A DNA stretch of 64,000 nucleotides from Candidatus Latescibacterota bacterium (GTDB taxonomy: Bacteria; Latescibacterota; UBA2968): the NCBI GenBank assembly GCA_965204375.1, contig OZ241986.1, positions 6,144,001-6,208,000 on the forward strand. Reading direction: 5' to 3'. Both the position numbers and the translations under genes were made by a program. Shown in pieces: positions 1 to 9,869 of the stretch. The notes below the pieces were generated by a model. It saw only the letters and a list, made by a program, of their open reading frames with translations. It was not told the DNA's origin and ran no database searches. Position 1 is the first letter of the stretch; each line of letters starts with the position of its first letter.

Positions 1-2
1 AG

Positions 3-161
3 AGTGTGGTCGATTTTTCCGACGCGATGATTTTTGCAATGGCGTTTCCGAATATTATCGGCTGTATTATCATGAGTCCACAGATCAAAGACAGGCTCAA
101 AGAATACTGGGGGCGTTACAAGGCGGGTGAGATAGAGGCGTATCAGAGGGACGTATATTGA
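3..161 (+). CDS. C-terminal end of an alanine/glycine:cation symporter (AlsT/AGCS family), partial
   Basis: Manual translation SVVDFSDAMIFAMAFPNIIGCIIMSPQIKDRLKEYW...VY* matches the AGCS C-terminal D-x-M...MA-x-PN pattern; runs off the window start. Confidence 0.8.
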   Translation, partial: SVVDFSDAMIFAMAFPNIIGCIIMSPQIKDRLKEYWGRYKAGEIEAYQRDVY

Positions 162-174
162 TAATTTATACCGG

Positions 175-218
175 CACACAAAACGGATTGACCATCACAG
201 GTGAACCCGTTTTGTGTG
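175..218 (+). terminator. Stem-loop after the symporter gene
   Basis: CACACAAAACGG (175-186) / CCGTTTTGTGTG (207-218) inverted repeat 13 bp after the stop. Confidence 0.6.
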
Positions 219-297
219 TACTAACAAGGCAAAAGACGAGCTAATATGTTACTTTACAACTTGTCGTGTACTATGAAATAAGAGTCAAAAAAAAGAT

Positions 298-326
298 TTG
301 ACTTTCGCATAGACAAGTAATATTTT
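298..326 (+). promoter_or_regulatory. Putative sigma70 promoter for the STAS gene
   Basis: TTGACT-17 bp-TATTTT in an AT-rich intergenic region. Confidence 0.4.
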
Positions 327-456
327 AGCTAAACTTCTCAATTCCCTGTAAGAATACATCTCGCTATGGGGCGCAATGGCTCTTGGTCGAATTTTCTGCA
401 CGCGATGGTACGGCAAGAGCTTTCGTAGATACTTTCACACATCAGGATAAAGGTCC

Positions 457-795
457 ATGGAGATTAAAACCCAAAGAGAAAATGGAATTTTAATCGCGAA
501 CGTGAATGGCCGGGTTGATAGTGCCAATGCCCGCGAGTTCGAAAATGTATTAAGCTCTGCAATCAGTGACGACGATACATGCGTGGTCGTAGATTTTGGG
601 GGGCTTTCTTACATTAGTAGCTCGGGCCTGCGGGTCATTTTGCTGGTTGCCAAGTCACTCCGGAATCGCAATGCGGAATTCGCGCTTTGCTCGCTTTCTG
701 GTCCCATCGGAGAGGTCTTCAAAATCAGCGGATTTGACAAGATCATTTCGATCTACGACTCACAGGCAGAGGCTTGTGCCGCACTGAGCGGATAA
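457..795 (+). CDS. STAS-domain anti-sigma factor antagonist (RsbV/SpoIIAA-like)
   Basis: GRVDSANA and YISSSGLRVIL with phosphoacceptor Ser; 112 aa. Confidence 0.92.
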   Translation: MEIKTQRENGILIANVNGRVDSANAREFENVLSSAISDDDTCVVVDFGGLSYISSSGLRVILLVAKSLRNRNAEFALCSLSGPIGEVFKISGFDKIISIYDSQAEACAALSG

Positions 796-1238
796 CCTGA
801 CCTTTAGCTTTATCGCACAAGCCGTAGAGAGGGCCTGGCGTATCTCAACCTGTTGCACAGACCGGGTTAGACTCGCCAGACTTATTGTGTGCTTTCCTCA
901 ATCGGGTTGCAGGCGTTCTCGAATTCATGTGCCGATCCGTTTTTCCTGTGTATCTGGTCCATAGATCACTTTCCAGGGTATTTCTCATGCCCTGTATATC
1001 CGCTTTCAAAACCTCCCGAATAACAGCCAACCTTCTACAATTCAGTAACCGGTGTCGCGCAGTTTGTCATTACACAATGACCGACCGGGCATTTGTCCCT
1101 GTATTGTATTCTCCCCGTAGTCCTCTCCCTTACAACGCAGAGAGGTGAGCTTCCTGAACTATCGCAATGATTGTACATCGGTCAAAGAATGCACAACTTC
1201 AGTATAAGTAAGACACCATTAATATAAGAGGCGCGTAT

Positions 1239-2408
1239 ATGAAAAAGGCGCAATACAAAATACTCGTGGTTGATGATGAACCCGATCTCGAACATCTCGT
1301 GAGGCAGCGCATGCGGCGCGATGTTCGCGCCGGACACTACGAATTCGTCTTTGCCTACAACGGCGTTGAGGCTCTCGAGGTGCTGAACGCGGATCCGGAT
1401 ATCGATATGGTGCTCTCGGACATCAATATGCCGCGGATGGATGGTCTCACGTTGCTCGAACAGATGCCCCAGGTCGATCCAGACCTCCGGGCTGTCATTG
1501 TCTCGGCTTATGGCGACATGAAAAACATCCGCACGGCGATGAATCGAGGGGCGTTCGACTTTGTTACCAAGCCCATTGATTTTCAGGATTTGAGGGTCAC
1601 GATTGAGCGCACTCTGGAACACCTGCAGATGTGGCGCGAGGCTGTGGCTTCGCGGGATAAGTTGGTGGCACTGCAAAACGAGCTTCGCGTTGCCTATGAG
1701 ATGCAGCAGTCGATCCTGCCGAAGGTCTTTCCCGACAAACCGGGCTATCAGGTGTTTGGAAACATGGAGCCTGCACGTGAAGTGGGCGGTGACTTTTTCG
1801 ATATTATCAATCTGGAAAATGACTGTGTCGGTCTGGCAATTGCCGATGTTTCCGATAAGGGTGTACCGGCTGCTCTTTTCATGATGTCCAGTCGCACGTT
1901 GATGAAAGGAGCTGCAATTGGCAGATCGAATCCGGCCGAGGTGTTGAGCGAGGTCAATAGTCTCCTGCAGGAAGACAACGACGCAGCGATGTTTGTCACT
2001 GTATTTTACGCCGAATACAATCCGGCGAATGGGGTGCTGTCGTACGCCAACGGAGGGCACAATCCCCCGATCCTCGTCCACGCGGATGGCAGCTCGACTG
2101 TGCTCCCCCAGACCAACGGAATTGCTCTGGGTATCATGCCAGATGTTGAATACGAACAAAACTCAGTCACTCTGTCGCCCGGCGATGTCCTCGTGCTCTA
2201 CACAGATGGTGTCACCGAAGCCATGAATGCCCAGAATGAGGAGTTTGAAATGGAGCGCTTGTGTGCAGTATTGTCCGAGTATTGTTCGTGTGGTGTCCGC
2301 GAAATTAATCAGGCGGTTTTTCAAGCTGTACAGGCATTCGCGGGCGATATGCCCCAGTTCGACGATATGACCTGTATGACACTTTTTTGCAGAGAGATAG
2401 GAATATGA
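1239..2408 (+). CDS. Response-regulator receiver fused to SpoIIE/PP2C phosphatase (RsbU/RsbY-like)
   Basis: Receiver VVDDE, SDINMP, TKP; PP2C motifs VGGDFFD, IADVSDKG, YTDGVTE, DDMT. Confidence 0.93.
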   Translation: MKKAQYKILVVDDEPDLEHLVRQRMRRDVRAGHYEFVFAYNGVEALEVLNADPDIDMVLSDINMPRMDGLTLLEQMPQVDPDLRAVIVSAYGDMKNIRTAMNRGAFDFVTKPIDFQDLRVTIERTLEHLQMWREAVASRDKLVALQNELRVAYEMQQSILPKVFPDKPGYQVFGNMEPAREVGGDFFDIINLENDCVGLAIADVSDKGVPAALFMMSSRTLMKGAAIGRSNPAEVLSEVNSLLQEDNDAAMFVTVFYAEYNPANGVLSYANGGHNPPILVHADGSSTVLPQTNGIALGIMPDVEYEQNSVTLSPGDVLVLYTDGVTEAMNAQNEEFEMERLCAVLSEYCSCGVREINQAVFQAVQAFAGDMPQFDDMTCMTLFCREIGI

Positions 2409-2827
2409 AGGTGAAACGTTCTCTATGTATTGCGTCGGATCTCAACGAGTTGGAGCGGCTCCACGATGCCGTGGCAGAACTCGGCGAGGCGGGGGATTGG
2501 CCCCCCGATCTCGTGTATCAGGTCGATCTCGTCCTTGAAGAATTGATCGTCAACACTGTGAACTACGGATACGACGATGATGCACGCCACGAGATTGAGG
2601 TCACGCTGACCTCGGATGAGGATGTTTTCACCGTTGAGATTATAGACGATGGACAGGCCTTTAATCCTCTGGCTGACGCCCCCGAACCAGATTTGGACGC
2701 GGGGATAGAAGATCGGCCGATAGGGGGGCTTGGGATCCATCTGATGCGCGTTATGATGGATGATGTCCACTATCGCCGCGAGGAAAATAAGAATCATCTT
2801 ACTCTGATTAAGCGGAGGAATGGATGA
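2405..2827 (+). CDS. Anti-sigma factor / serine kinase (RsbW-like HATPase_c_2)
   Basis: EELIVN N-box, DDG, IGGLGIHL; ATG at 2405 overlaps the upstream stop (ATGA). Confidence 0.92.
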   Translation: MKVKRSLCIASDLNELERLHDAVAELGEAGDWPPDLVYQVDLVLEELIVNTVNYGYDDDARHEIEVTLTSDEDVFTVEIIDDGQAFNPLADAPEPDLDAGIEDRPIGGLGIHLMRVMMDDVHYRREENKNHLTLIKRRNG

Positions 2828-3996
2828 GGAGAACGCGCTACAGTTGTGCGATTTTATTACTCGTCTTGCTGATTGTAGATATCCGTGCGGAAGAATCGGA
2901 GGTCTCCGACCTGTATATCCTTTTCGGGCAGTCCGCCGCCTTTAGTGGTCCCGCTCAAGAACTGGGCAAGGACATGCAGATCGGAATTGAGGCAGCTTTT
3001 CAGGAGGCTAACGCGCGGGGCGGCATACATGGTCGGAAGCTGATGTTGTTGTCTCTCGATGACGCATACGAACCCGAAGCCGCCATCGCCAACACCCAGC
3101 GATTGATTGAACAGGAACGGGTTTTTGCACTGATTGGTTCTGTTGGCACACCCACTTCACGCTCTGCTGCTCCTATCGCTGAAAGTGCGGGCGTCCCCTA
3201 CATCGCTCCCTTTACCGGTGCGGCCTTCCTGCGTGAAGACAGGTGGCAAAACGTGATTAACCTGCGGGCGTCTTATAACCAGGAGACCGAGGCTATGGTC
3301 GCTCGTTTGACTACAGACCTGGGTATTAAACGCATTGCCGTGATGTACCAGGATGACTCTTTTGGTCGGGCGGGTTATCGCGGCGTGCGGCAGGCACTTG
3401 AGCGGCGTGGCATGGAACCTGTGGCAATAGGGGTGTACCCGCGCAATACCACGGCGGTGAAGACGGGTCTGCTCAACCTGCATAGTGCAAACCCCGATGC
3501 AGTCATCCTGATAGGGGCCTACCAGCCGGTAGCAACGCTGATTGCCTGGGCGCGACACATAGGGCTGGATCCCGTGTTCATGACCATCTCCTTTGTGGGC
3601 AGCAATGCGTTGGCCAAGGAACTCGGTCGCAGTGGTGCTGGGGTCTTCGTCACGCAGGTCGTACCTTTTCCAACAGATAACACTCTCCCCGTTGGTATTG
3701 CCTATCGCCGTGCCCTATCTGTCCACGCGCCCGAAGCGACACCTGGCTTTGTCTCCTACGAAGGCTATCTGGCGGGACGATTGGCTATCGCCTCTCTCGA
3801 ACGCTGTGGCAAAGAGGTTGACCGCGTTGGGTTTCTCAAGAATTTGCGCGGTACAGACACCATTGATCTCGACGGCTTCGAACTTCGCTATGGCGCAAAT
3901 GACAATCAGGGTTCAGACGCTGTTTTTCTCACCGTGATTGGTAGCGATGGCAGTTATCGCTCGATCCAAACTCTGCGGGACGCAATAAAGCCATGA
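2824..3996 (+). CDS. Periplasmic ligand-binding protein (type 1, LivJ-like)
   Basis: Signal peptide; GQSAAFSGP, DDAYEP, GSVGTPTS, NLRASY motifs; ATGA overlap. Confidence 0.88.
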   Translation: MRRTRYSCAILLLVLLIVDIRAEESEVSDLYILFGQSAAFSGPAQELGKDMQIGIEAAFQEANARGGIHGRKLMLLSLDDAYEPEAAIANTQRLIEQERVFALIGSVGTPTSRSAAPIAESAGVPYIAPFTGAAFLREDRWQNVINLRASYNQETEAMVARLTTDLGIKRIAVMYQDDSFGRAGYRGVRQALERRGMEPVAIGVYPRNTTAVKTGLLNLHSANPDAVILIGAYQPVATLIAWARHIGLDPVFMTISFVGSNALAKELGRSGAGVFVTQVVPFPTDNTLPVGIAYRRALSVHAPEATPGFVSYEGYLAGRLAIASLERCGKEVDRVGFLKNLRGTDTIDLDGFELRYGANDNQGSDAVFLTVIGSDGSYRSIQTLRDAIKP

Positions 3997-6155
3997 TTAA
4001 CATAATAAAACACCTGCTTGAAGGCCGATACCGAATCTCGACGCAACTCTATCTGGGTATTGGCGGTGCTGTTGTCCTCACGATGGGGGCGAGTCTGGTT
4101 GGCTGGTTTTCCTTCAACAGCGTGGGTGACGCGCAAAGTCGCGTGAATGAAGGCAGTGTGCCCGGAATGGCGGCTGCTTTTGGGGTTGCGCAACAAAGCG
4201 GTGCCATTGTAGCCGCAGCACCGCGTCTCATCGCTGCTGCAACGCCAGAGACATTTGATCAGGTTATTGACGAGATCGCCAAAGAGCGAAGTGCTTTTGA
4301 AGTGCAGTTGGCGGCTTTGACGCAGCAAGGTGGAGAAGAAGAACGCTTCGGTCGCATTCGCGTCCAGGGTGGTACGCTGATCTCAAATATCGAAGAAATT
4401 GAATGCTCCATAGCCGAACTTTTTGCGCTGCAAGAACGGAGTGAAGCCCTGCGTGCAGAACTGGGTAAAGTGCGCAACGAACTGGTTGGTGTCATGGTTC
4501 CGCTTATTGACGACCAGTTGTTCTACGCTATGACGGGGTATCGCAATCTCGGCGAAGCACCCGCGTCGCGTGCACGGCACTTGTCGAGACAAGAGTTCGA
4601 CCACTATCGCCATCTGGCTGCATTGCAAGCAGACGCCACCACAGCAATCCAGCTTCTGTCGAGTGCTTTCAATCTTTCAGATGCGCCCTTGATTGAGCCA
4701 TTGCGGGAGCGATTTGAGGCTGCTAAAGACAGGATTGAATGGAGTTTGTCGGCACTCGGAACGGCCCGTGCGCGCAGTCAGATCGCTCCGATATGTGCCC
4801 GCCTGTACCAGTTGGGGCTGGGGGAAGAAGGGGGCTTCGACCTGCGTACACGAGAACTCGAACACGTCGCGCACCAGCGGGATCTGCTCGCGCGCAATCA
4901 GTCTCTTGCCCTTAATCTGGTCGCCGAAGCAGAAGGGCTGGTAAATGCTGCCCGCATAAGTGCAAAGGAAGCTACCCACGCTTCTACACTGGCCATCGGC
5001 ACCGGGCGCAGTCTTCTGTTGGTCTTGAATGTGATAAGCATTACTGGCGCGTTGTTGATCGCCTATTTATTCGTGGGACGAATGCTATTGCCCCGTCTCG
5101 AGCGACTATCCGAACGGATGCGCCGCATGGCTGATGGCGATCTGGAGGGCAAGGTTGAGATCGGTGGGAACGACGAGGTAGCAGACATGGCAGCAGCCCT
5201 TGAAGTCTTTCGTCGCCACGCTCTGGAGGTGCAGCGCCTGAATCTGGTGGAAAAACTGGCCGAAGAGTTGCAATCTAAGAATGCAGAGCTCGAAAAAGTG
5301 CTGGAGGATTTGCAGGTGGCGCAGGACCAGATTGTTATGCGCGAGAAATTGGCCGCGCTCGGCGAACTCACCGCAGGTGTGGCGCACGAGATCAAGAATC
5401 CGCTGAATTTTGTGAAAAACTTCTCGGAGGCTTCGGAAGAACTCATGGAGGAGTTGGTGGAGGTACTGGACGAAATTCCCGAAGCACTGAGCGAGGAGCA
5501 GCGCGAATTGGTTGACGAGATATGCCAGGACCTCACCGACAACATGGGGCGCATCCTCCAACACGGCACCCGCGCCGACCGCATTGTTCACGATATGCTC
5601 ATGATGGGGCGCGGCTCTGGTGAACGACAGTCCATTGAAATTAACAATCTGCTAGATGAACACGCCCGCCTTGCCTACCACAGTGCACGAGCGACTGATG
5701 CGGATTTCAACTTGACCATTGAGACGGATTTCGATCCAGATGCGGGGCAAATCGAGGCAGTGCCGCAGGACCTGGGGCGCGTCTTTCTCAATATGGTGGG
5801 CAATGCCTGTTATGCTACCGACGAGAAACGGCGTGCTATTGAATCAGATGATGGTGTGACCTATTTTCCGACGCTGTCGCTGAGCACCAGGCGACTGGAT
5901 GATCGGATAGAGGTGAGCATACGGGATAATGGGAATGGGATTCCGCCCGAGGTTGTCGATAAAATTTTCAATCCTTTCTTTACCACCAAACCAACAGACA
6001 AAGGCACGGGTCTTGGCCTTGCCCTTTCCAACGATATTGTGCGCGAACACGGGGGAAATATCCGGGTTGTATCCGAACCCGGTGAATTTACCGAGATGAT
6101 AGTAGAATTGCCTTTGGTGCCGCCTGCGGTGACGACTGAAGAGGTAGCGAATTGA
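3993..6155 (+). CDS. Membrane sensor histidine kinase (helical TorS-like periplasmic domain, HAMP, HisKA, HATPase)
   Basis: Two TM helices, HAMP GNDEVADMA, H-box AHEIKNPL, DNGNG, FNPFFTTK, GTGLGL. Confidence 0.9.
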   Translation: MINIIKHLLEGRYRISTQLYLGIGGAVVLTMGASLVGWFSFNSVGDAQSRVNEGSVPGMAAAFGVAQQSGAIVAAAPRLIAAATPETFDQVIDEIAKERSAFEVQLAALTQQGGEEERFGRIRVQGGTLISNIEEIECSIAELFALQERSEALRAELGKVRNELVGVMVPLIDDQLFYAMTGYRNLGEAPASRARHLSRQEFDHYRHLAALQADATTAIQLLSSAFNLSDAPLIEPLRERFEAAKDRIEWSLSALGTARARSQIAPICARLYQLGLGEEGGFDLRTRELEHVAHQRDLLARNQSLALNLVAEAEGLVNAARISAKEATHASTLAIGTGRSLLLVLNVISITGALLIAYLFVGRMLLPRLERLSERMRRMADGDLEGKVEIGGNDEVADMAAALEVFRRHALEVQRLNLVEKLAEELQSKNAELEKVLEDLQVAQDQIVMREKLAALGELTAGVAHEIKNPLNFVKNFSEASEELMEELVEVLDEIPEALSEEQRELVDEICQDLTDNMGRILQHGTRADRIVHDMLMMGRGSGERQSIEINNLLDEHARLAYHSARATDADFNLTIETDFDPDAGQIEAVPQDLGRVFLNMVGNACYATDEKRRAIESDDGVTYFPTLSLSTRRLDDRIEVSIRDNGNGIPPEVVDKIFNPFFTTKPTDKGTGLGLALSNDIVREHGGNIRVVSEPGEFTEMIVELPLVPPAVTTEEVAN

Positions 6156-6183
6156 AAGGAAGTGGAGGCACTGTCTCATCATT

Positions 6184-7581
6184 ATGGGAGGATTAGTTAT
6201 GCGAACGTTTTCGAAAGCCCTTATTCCTCACCGGTTCACTACCCTGGTGGGAAAACCACTTGCGGTACTCGGGTTCCTTGCGTGTGCCACAACCGCTGTG
6301 CATGCGGCGGTTGACGAGGAAGCCCTGTTCGTCTTCAATACGTTCTCATTCCTCATTTGGGGCGTGCTGGTGATGTGGATGTGCGCGGGTTTTACCATGC
6401 TCGAGTCCGGCTCTGTGCGCACCAAGAATGCCTCCATGATTTGCCTGAAGAACATCGGCCTCTATTCCATTGCCGGGCTTGCCTACTATTTCATCGGCTA
6501 TAATCTCATGTACGTCGATGTGGAGAGTGTAATCGGTTCATTTAAATTCTTATACGGACCGTCTGGCGATGAGCTTGCTCTGATAGCGGGAAATGAGGCC
6601 TCGAAGGCGGCGGTAGTTAAGAACGGCTATTCCACCATGTCCAACTGGTTTTTCCAGATGGTCTTTGTCGCGACCACTGCTTCTATTGTCTCTGGGGCTC
6701 TGGCCGAACGGGTCAGGATGTGGTCCTTTTTCCTTTTTATTCTGGTGCTGACGGCGATTATCTATCCCGTCGTCGGTGCGTGGACATGGGGCGAGGGATG
6801 GCTAAGTGCGATGGGTTTCAAGGATTTTGCTGGTTCGACTATCGTGCATAGTACCGGTGGCTGGGCGGCTCTTGCTGGCGCGATGGTCGTTGGGCCGAGG
6901 TTCGGCAAATTCCGCAGCGATGGTACGGTTAAATCCACGCCACCATCCAATATTCTCGTGGTGACGCTGGGTGTCTTTATCCTGTGGCTCGGATGGTTTG
7001 GCTTTAACGGCGGATCGCAACTGGCATTGGGAAGCGCGCTTGACGCGATCGCGATGAGTCATGTACTGGTCAATACCAATCTGGCGGCTGCAGCCGGTGT
7101 TATGGCGGCTCTTTTAGTTTCTCGACCCATTCTGGGACGCATAGATCTGTTTGCAGGGTTGAATGGCGCAATCGCCGGGCTGGTGTCGATTACTGCGGGA
7201 CCTGATATTGTCGATCACTACTGGTCGGTTATTATTGGTGCCATTGGCGCGGTTTTGTGTACTGCCGGGATCAAGTTCCTGGAAAAGGTCAAGCTCGATG
7301 ATGTGGTCGGGGCGATACCGGCTCACTTGTTCGCCGGTATCTGGGGCACCATAGCAGTCTGCATCGCTGGTGGGGGCAACTTAGGCGTACAATTGATCGG
7401 CATCGTGGCGATTGGCGCATTCGTGTTTGTGACTTCGTGGGTGTTGTGGCGCGTGATTGCTATGACGTTGAGTGTGCGCGTGTCGCGGCAGGTCGAACAA
7501 TTGGGTCAGGATGTTGGGGAATTGGGAATCGACGCCTATCCCGAATTTGTGCTTATGCCAGAAGAAGATGATGAGGAATAA
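6184..7581 (+). CDS. amt: Ammonium transporter
   Basis: FQMVF, SGALAER, DFAGSTIVH, GWFGFNGGS, DDVVGAIPAH; twin-His intact. Confidence 0.95.
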   Translation: MGGLVMRTFSKALIPHRFTTLVGKPLAVLGFLACATTAVHAAVDEEALFVFNTFSFLIWGVLVMWMCAGFTMLESGSVRTKNASMICLKNIGLYSIAGLAYYFIGYNLMYVDVESVIGSFKFLYGPSGDELALIAGNEASKAAVVKNGYSTMSNWFFQMVFVATTASIVSGALAERVRMWSFFLFILVLTAIIYPVVGAWTWGEGWLSAMGFKDFAGSTIVHSTGGWAALAGAMVVGPRFGKFRSDGTVKSTPPSNILVVTLGVFILWLGWFGFNGGSQLALGSALDAIAMSHVLVNTNLAAAAGVMAALLVSRPILGRIDLFAGLNGAIAGLVSITAGPDIVDHYWSVIIGAIGAVLCTAGIKFLEKVKLDDVVGAIPAHLFAGIWGTIAVCIAGGGNLGVQLIGIVAIGAFVFVTSWVLWRVIAMTLSVRVSRQVEQLGQDVGELGIDAYPEFVLMPEEDDEE

Positions 7582-8516
7582 GCAAGAATCTTCTGCATAT
7601 CCTCCGGAGGGCGTGCTTCAAACATCATTTCTTTTTTTGTTACGGGATGCACAAATGTCAATTGAGTCGCGTGGAGCATCTGTCGATTAGTTTGTGCGAG
7701 CAGGTGGGTTGCTCTCCTGCGAAACAGGGGGGCAATCCCAGACAGCCGCTCCTCGCGTCCACCGTATAGCGGATCGCCAAATACAGGACGATTGAGGTGC
7801 GTTAGATGCACTCTGATCTGGTGTGTACGACCCGTCTCCAGCGCGAGAGATAGCAAAGAGAGAAAATCGTAACGCGCCCTTATTTTCCAGCGCGTTGCTG
7901 CATATCTTCCATTCTGAGAAACGGCCATTCGCTTTCGATCTTTTGGATGTCTTCCAATGGGCGCTTCTATGCGCCCTTCATCTTCTTCAAAGCCCCCCCA
8001 TATCAACGCGAGATAACGCCGCTCCATTGCACGGGCTTCCAACTGGGCAGCCAATCCGCGATGCCCTTCATCACTTTTGGCTACGACCATTAGCCCCGAT
8101 GTGTCTTTGTCTAACCGATGTACAATACCCGGTCGTAAAACCCCGTTGATACCCGACAAATGCGTGCAATGTGACAGGAGGGCATTGACGAGTGTTCCCG
8201 ATGTTACGCCGCCCGCTGGATGTACAATCATACCCGCAGGTTTGTCGAGCACCAGCACATGATCATCTTCAAAAAAAATATCCAGAGGAATATCCTCTGG
8301 ATTAATTGTACTATCTATTGGAGGGGGTATATCTATTGTGATGCTATCGCCAGCCACCAGCCGATAGCTCGACCGCGTCGTCTTTCCATTGATGCATATA
8401 GAACCCTCGACAATCAGTTTTTGAAGGCGTGAACGCGAAAATTCGGGGCGTTGATCGGCCAAATAGCGGTCCAGGCGCTGGCCTTCATGTTGGGGCAGAA
8501 TTTTTAGATGAATCAC
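7536..8516 (-). CDS. rluD: RluA-family 23S rRNA pseudouridine synthase with S4 domain
   Basis: RLDRYL S4 start, VHRLDKDTSG, TGRTHQIRVH; likely GTG start at 8516. Confidence 0.92.
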   Translation of the reverse strand: MIHLKILPQHEGQRLDRYLADQRPEFSRSRLQKLIVEGSICINGKTTRSSYRLVAGDSITIDIPPPIDSTINPEDIPLDIFFEDDHVLVLDKPAGMIVHPAGGVTSGTLVNALLSHCTHLSGINGVLRPGIVHRLDKDTSGLMVVAKSDEGHRGLAAQLEARAMERRYLALIWGGFEEDEGRIEAPIGRHPKDRKRMAVSQNGRYAATRWKIRARYDFLSLLSLALETGRTHQIRVHLTHLNRPVFGDPLYGGREERLSGIAPLFRRRATHLLAQTNRQMLHATQLTFVHPVTKKEMMFEARPPEDMQKILAYSSSSSSGISTNSG

Positions 8517-8982
8517 GATTATACACCGTCTCACGGCGTTTCGATGTGATGCCAAAAGCAAAAATTAAGAGGGCGGTTCCCACACTGACACAGGTATCTG
8601 CGAGGTTAAAAACCCACCACCGCGCAGTTCCAATGCCAAAATCGAGAAAATCGATTACGACGCCAAACCGCACGCGGTCGATGATATTGCCAATTGCACC
8701 TCCCAGTACCAGAGTCAAACCAATGGCTGCGAGACGGTCTTCTGGAGAGATCCGCCACAGTAACCCACCAACCACGAGAAGTGCCACACAAGCCAGTAAC
8801 AGATGCAGGTATGGGTTGCCCAATCGGATGCCGAATACTGCACCCGGATTGTGAATGTAGGTCAGTTTAAAAAAAGATCCCAATACCGGTACAGATTCCC
8901 CCAGGGTCATGGTTTGTAACACCCACCATTTGGTGAATTGATCCAGCACCAGTGCCACACCTGTAATCCATAAAAATCTCAC
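8485..8982 (-). CDS. lspA: Lipoprotein signal peptidase II
   Basis: LDQFTK, NPGAVFG, GNIIDR, VIDF, FNLAD. Confidence 0.95.
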   Translation of the reverse strand: MRFLWITGVALVLDQFTKWWVLQTMTLGESVPVLGSFFKLTYIHNPGAVFGIRLGNPYLHLLLACVALLVVGGLLWRISPEDRLAAIGLTLVLGGAIGNIIDRVRFGVVIDFLDFGIGTARWWVFNLADTCVSVGTALLIFAFGITSKRRETVYNRDSSKNSAPT

Positions 8983-8991
8983 AAGTATACC

Positions 8992-9363
8992 TCATGCCGA
9001 TTTGTTTTGTTTTTCTTTACAAGGGACGCAAACTTCTGTGGTCGGTACCGCTTCCAGTCTTTCTCTTGGGATGGGAGCTTTACACACTCGACACCAGCCG
9101 AATTCGCGTTTTTGGATGCGCGTTAAAGCGGCTTCAATTTGGTCCAGATAAGCACCGTCGCGTGCGGCAAATAGAAAAGCCTTTTCGCGTTCCATGGTCG
9201 AATTGCCCAAATCTGGCATGTGATCTGAATACGTCAGGTCGCCCGACGATTCTGCCGAGGTGATCTGCATGGAATGGCTCTGCAACGTGCCCAGGTCTTT
9301 AACGATAGAGGTGCGTTTGGTCTCTAAGAGATTTTTGAAATACTCCAGCTCTTGATCTTCCAT
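8992..9363 (-). CDS. TraR/DksA-family C4 zinc-finger regulator
   Basis: Coiled coil with HMPD, then CRVC...ERLEAVP...CVPC. Confidence 0.88.
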   Translation of the reverse strand: MEDQELEYFKNLLETKRTSIVKDLGTLQSHSMQITSAESSGDLTYSDHMPDLGNSTMEREKAFLFAARDGAYLDQIEAALTRIQKREFGWCRVCKAPIPRERLEAVPTTEVCVPCKEKQNKSA

Positions 9364-9364
9364 T

Positions 9365-9829
9365 TTATTCCTTTCTATTCACAGCTTCCCAAATTTGACG
9401 CGCGTTTTCTTCGATTAGCGCGCGTTGCTCCGGCCAAAAAAACACGGGGAGTGGATCGAGTGGTACCCAGGACATGCTTTCGTGATGCGTCGTATCGGTT
9501 GGCACGGCATCAATCTGCTTGGTCGAATACAAAAAATAATGTGTTATTTTCCACTCTTTCTTGTGGAAATCAAGTCGTTCTTTTGTACCGAGTTTTTCCA
9601 CGAGTTGCAGTTTTGATACCCCAACTTCTTCTTCGATCTCCCGTCGGGCAGCACATTCGATTTTCTCGCCCGCTTCAATGTGCCCTTTGGGCAACACATA
9701 GTCGGTGTGCCCTCTTTCGCAGGCCAGAGCCAGCAATATCTGATTGCCATCCCAACGCACGACTACACCGCCCGCAGCCTGACGTTCTCGCAATCCTTTG
9801 GGACGTATGTACCAGCTATCGTCGATCAT
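9365..9829 (-). CDS. NUDIX hydrolase
   Basis: Nudix box GHIEAGEKIECAARREIEEEVG; likely start MIDDSW at 9829. Confidence 0.88.
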   Translation of the reverse strand: MIDDSWYIRPKGLRERQAAGGVVVRWDGNQILLALACERGHTDYVLPKGHIEAGEKIECAARREIEEEVGVSKLQLVEKLGTKERLDFHKKEWKITHYFLYSTKQIDAVPTDTTHHESMSWVPLDPLPVFFWPEQRALIEENARQIWEAVNRKE

Positions 9830-9839
9830 AAAAGTTATT

Positions 9840-9868
9840 GTAGATGTGGGTTTGAAACCCACATCTAC
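9840..9868. repeat. Perfect 29-bp GTAG-terminated palindrome (REP-like)
   Basis: GTAGATGTGGGTTTGAAACCCACATCTAC. Confidence 0.75.
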
Positions 9869-9869
9869 G

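Noticed and set aside
379-420. GCTCTTG/CAAGAGC stem in the STAS leader as a riboswitch
   Set aside because: Only a 7-bp stem; no recognisable glutamine, c-di-GMP or other aptamer consensus
845-1148. Short ORFs between the STAS and receiver-PP2C genes
   Set aside because: No recognisable motif or good SD on either strand; left uncalled
1182-2159. Long antisense ORFs (also 35342-36160, 45650-46381, 52967-53833, 63075-63764)
   Set aside because: Shadow frames opposite well-supported genes, with no domain motifs
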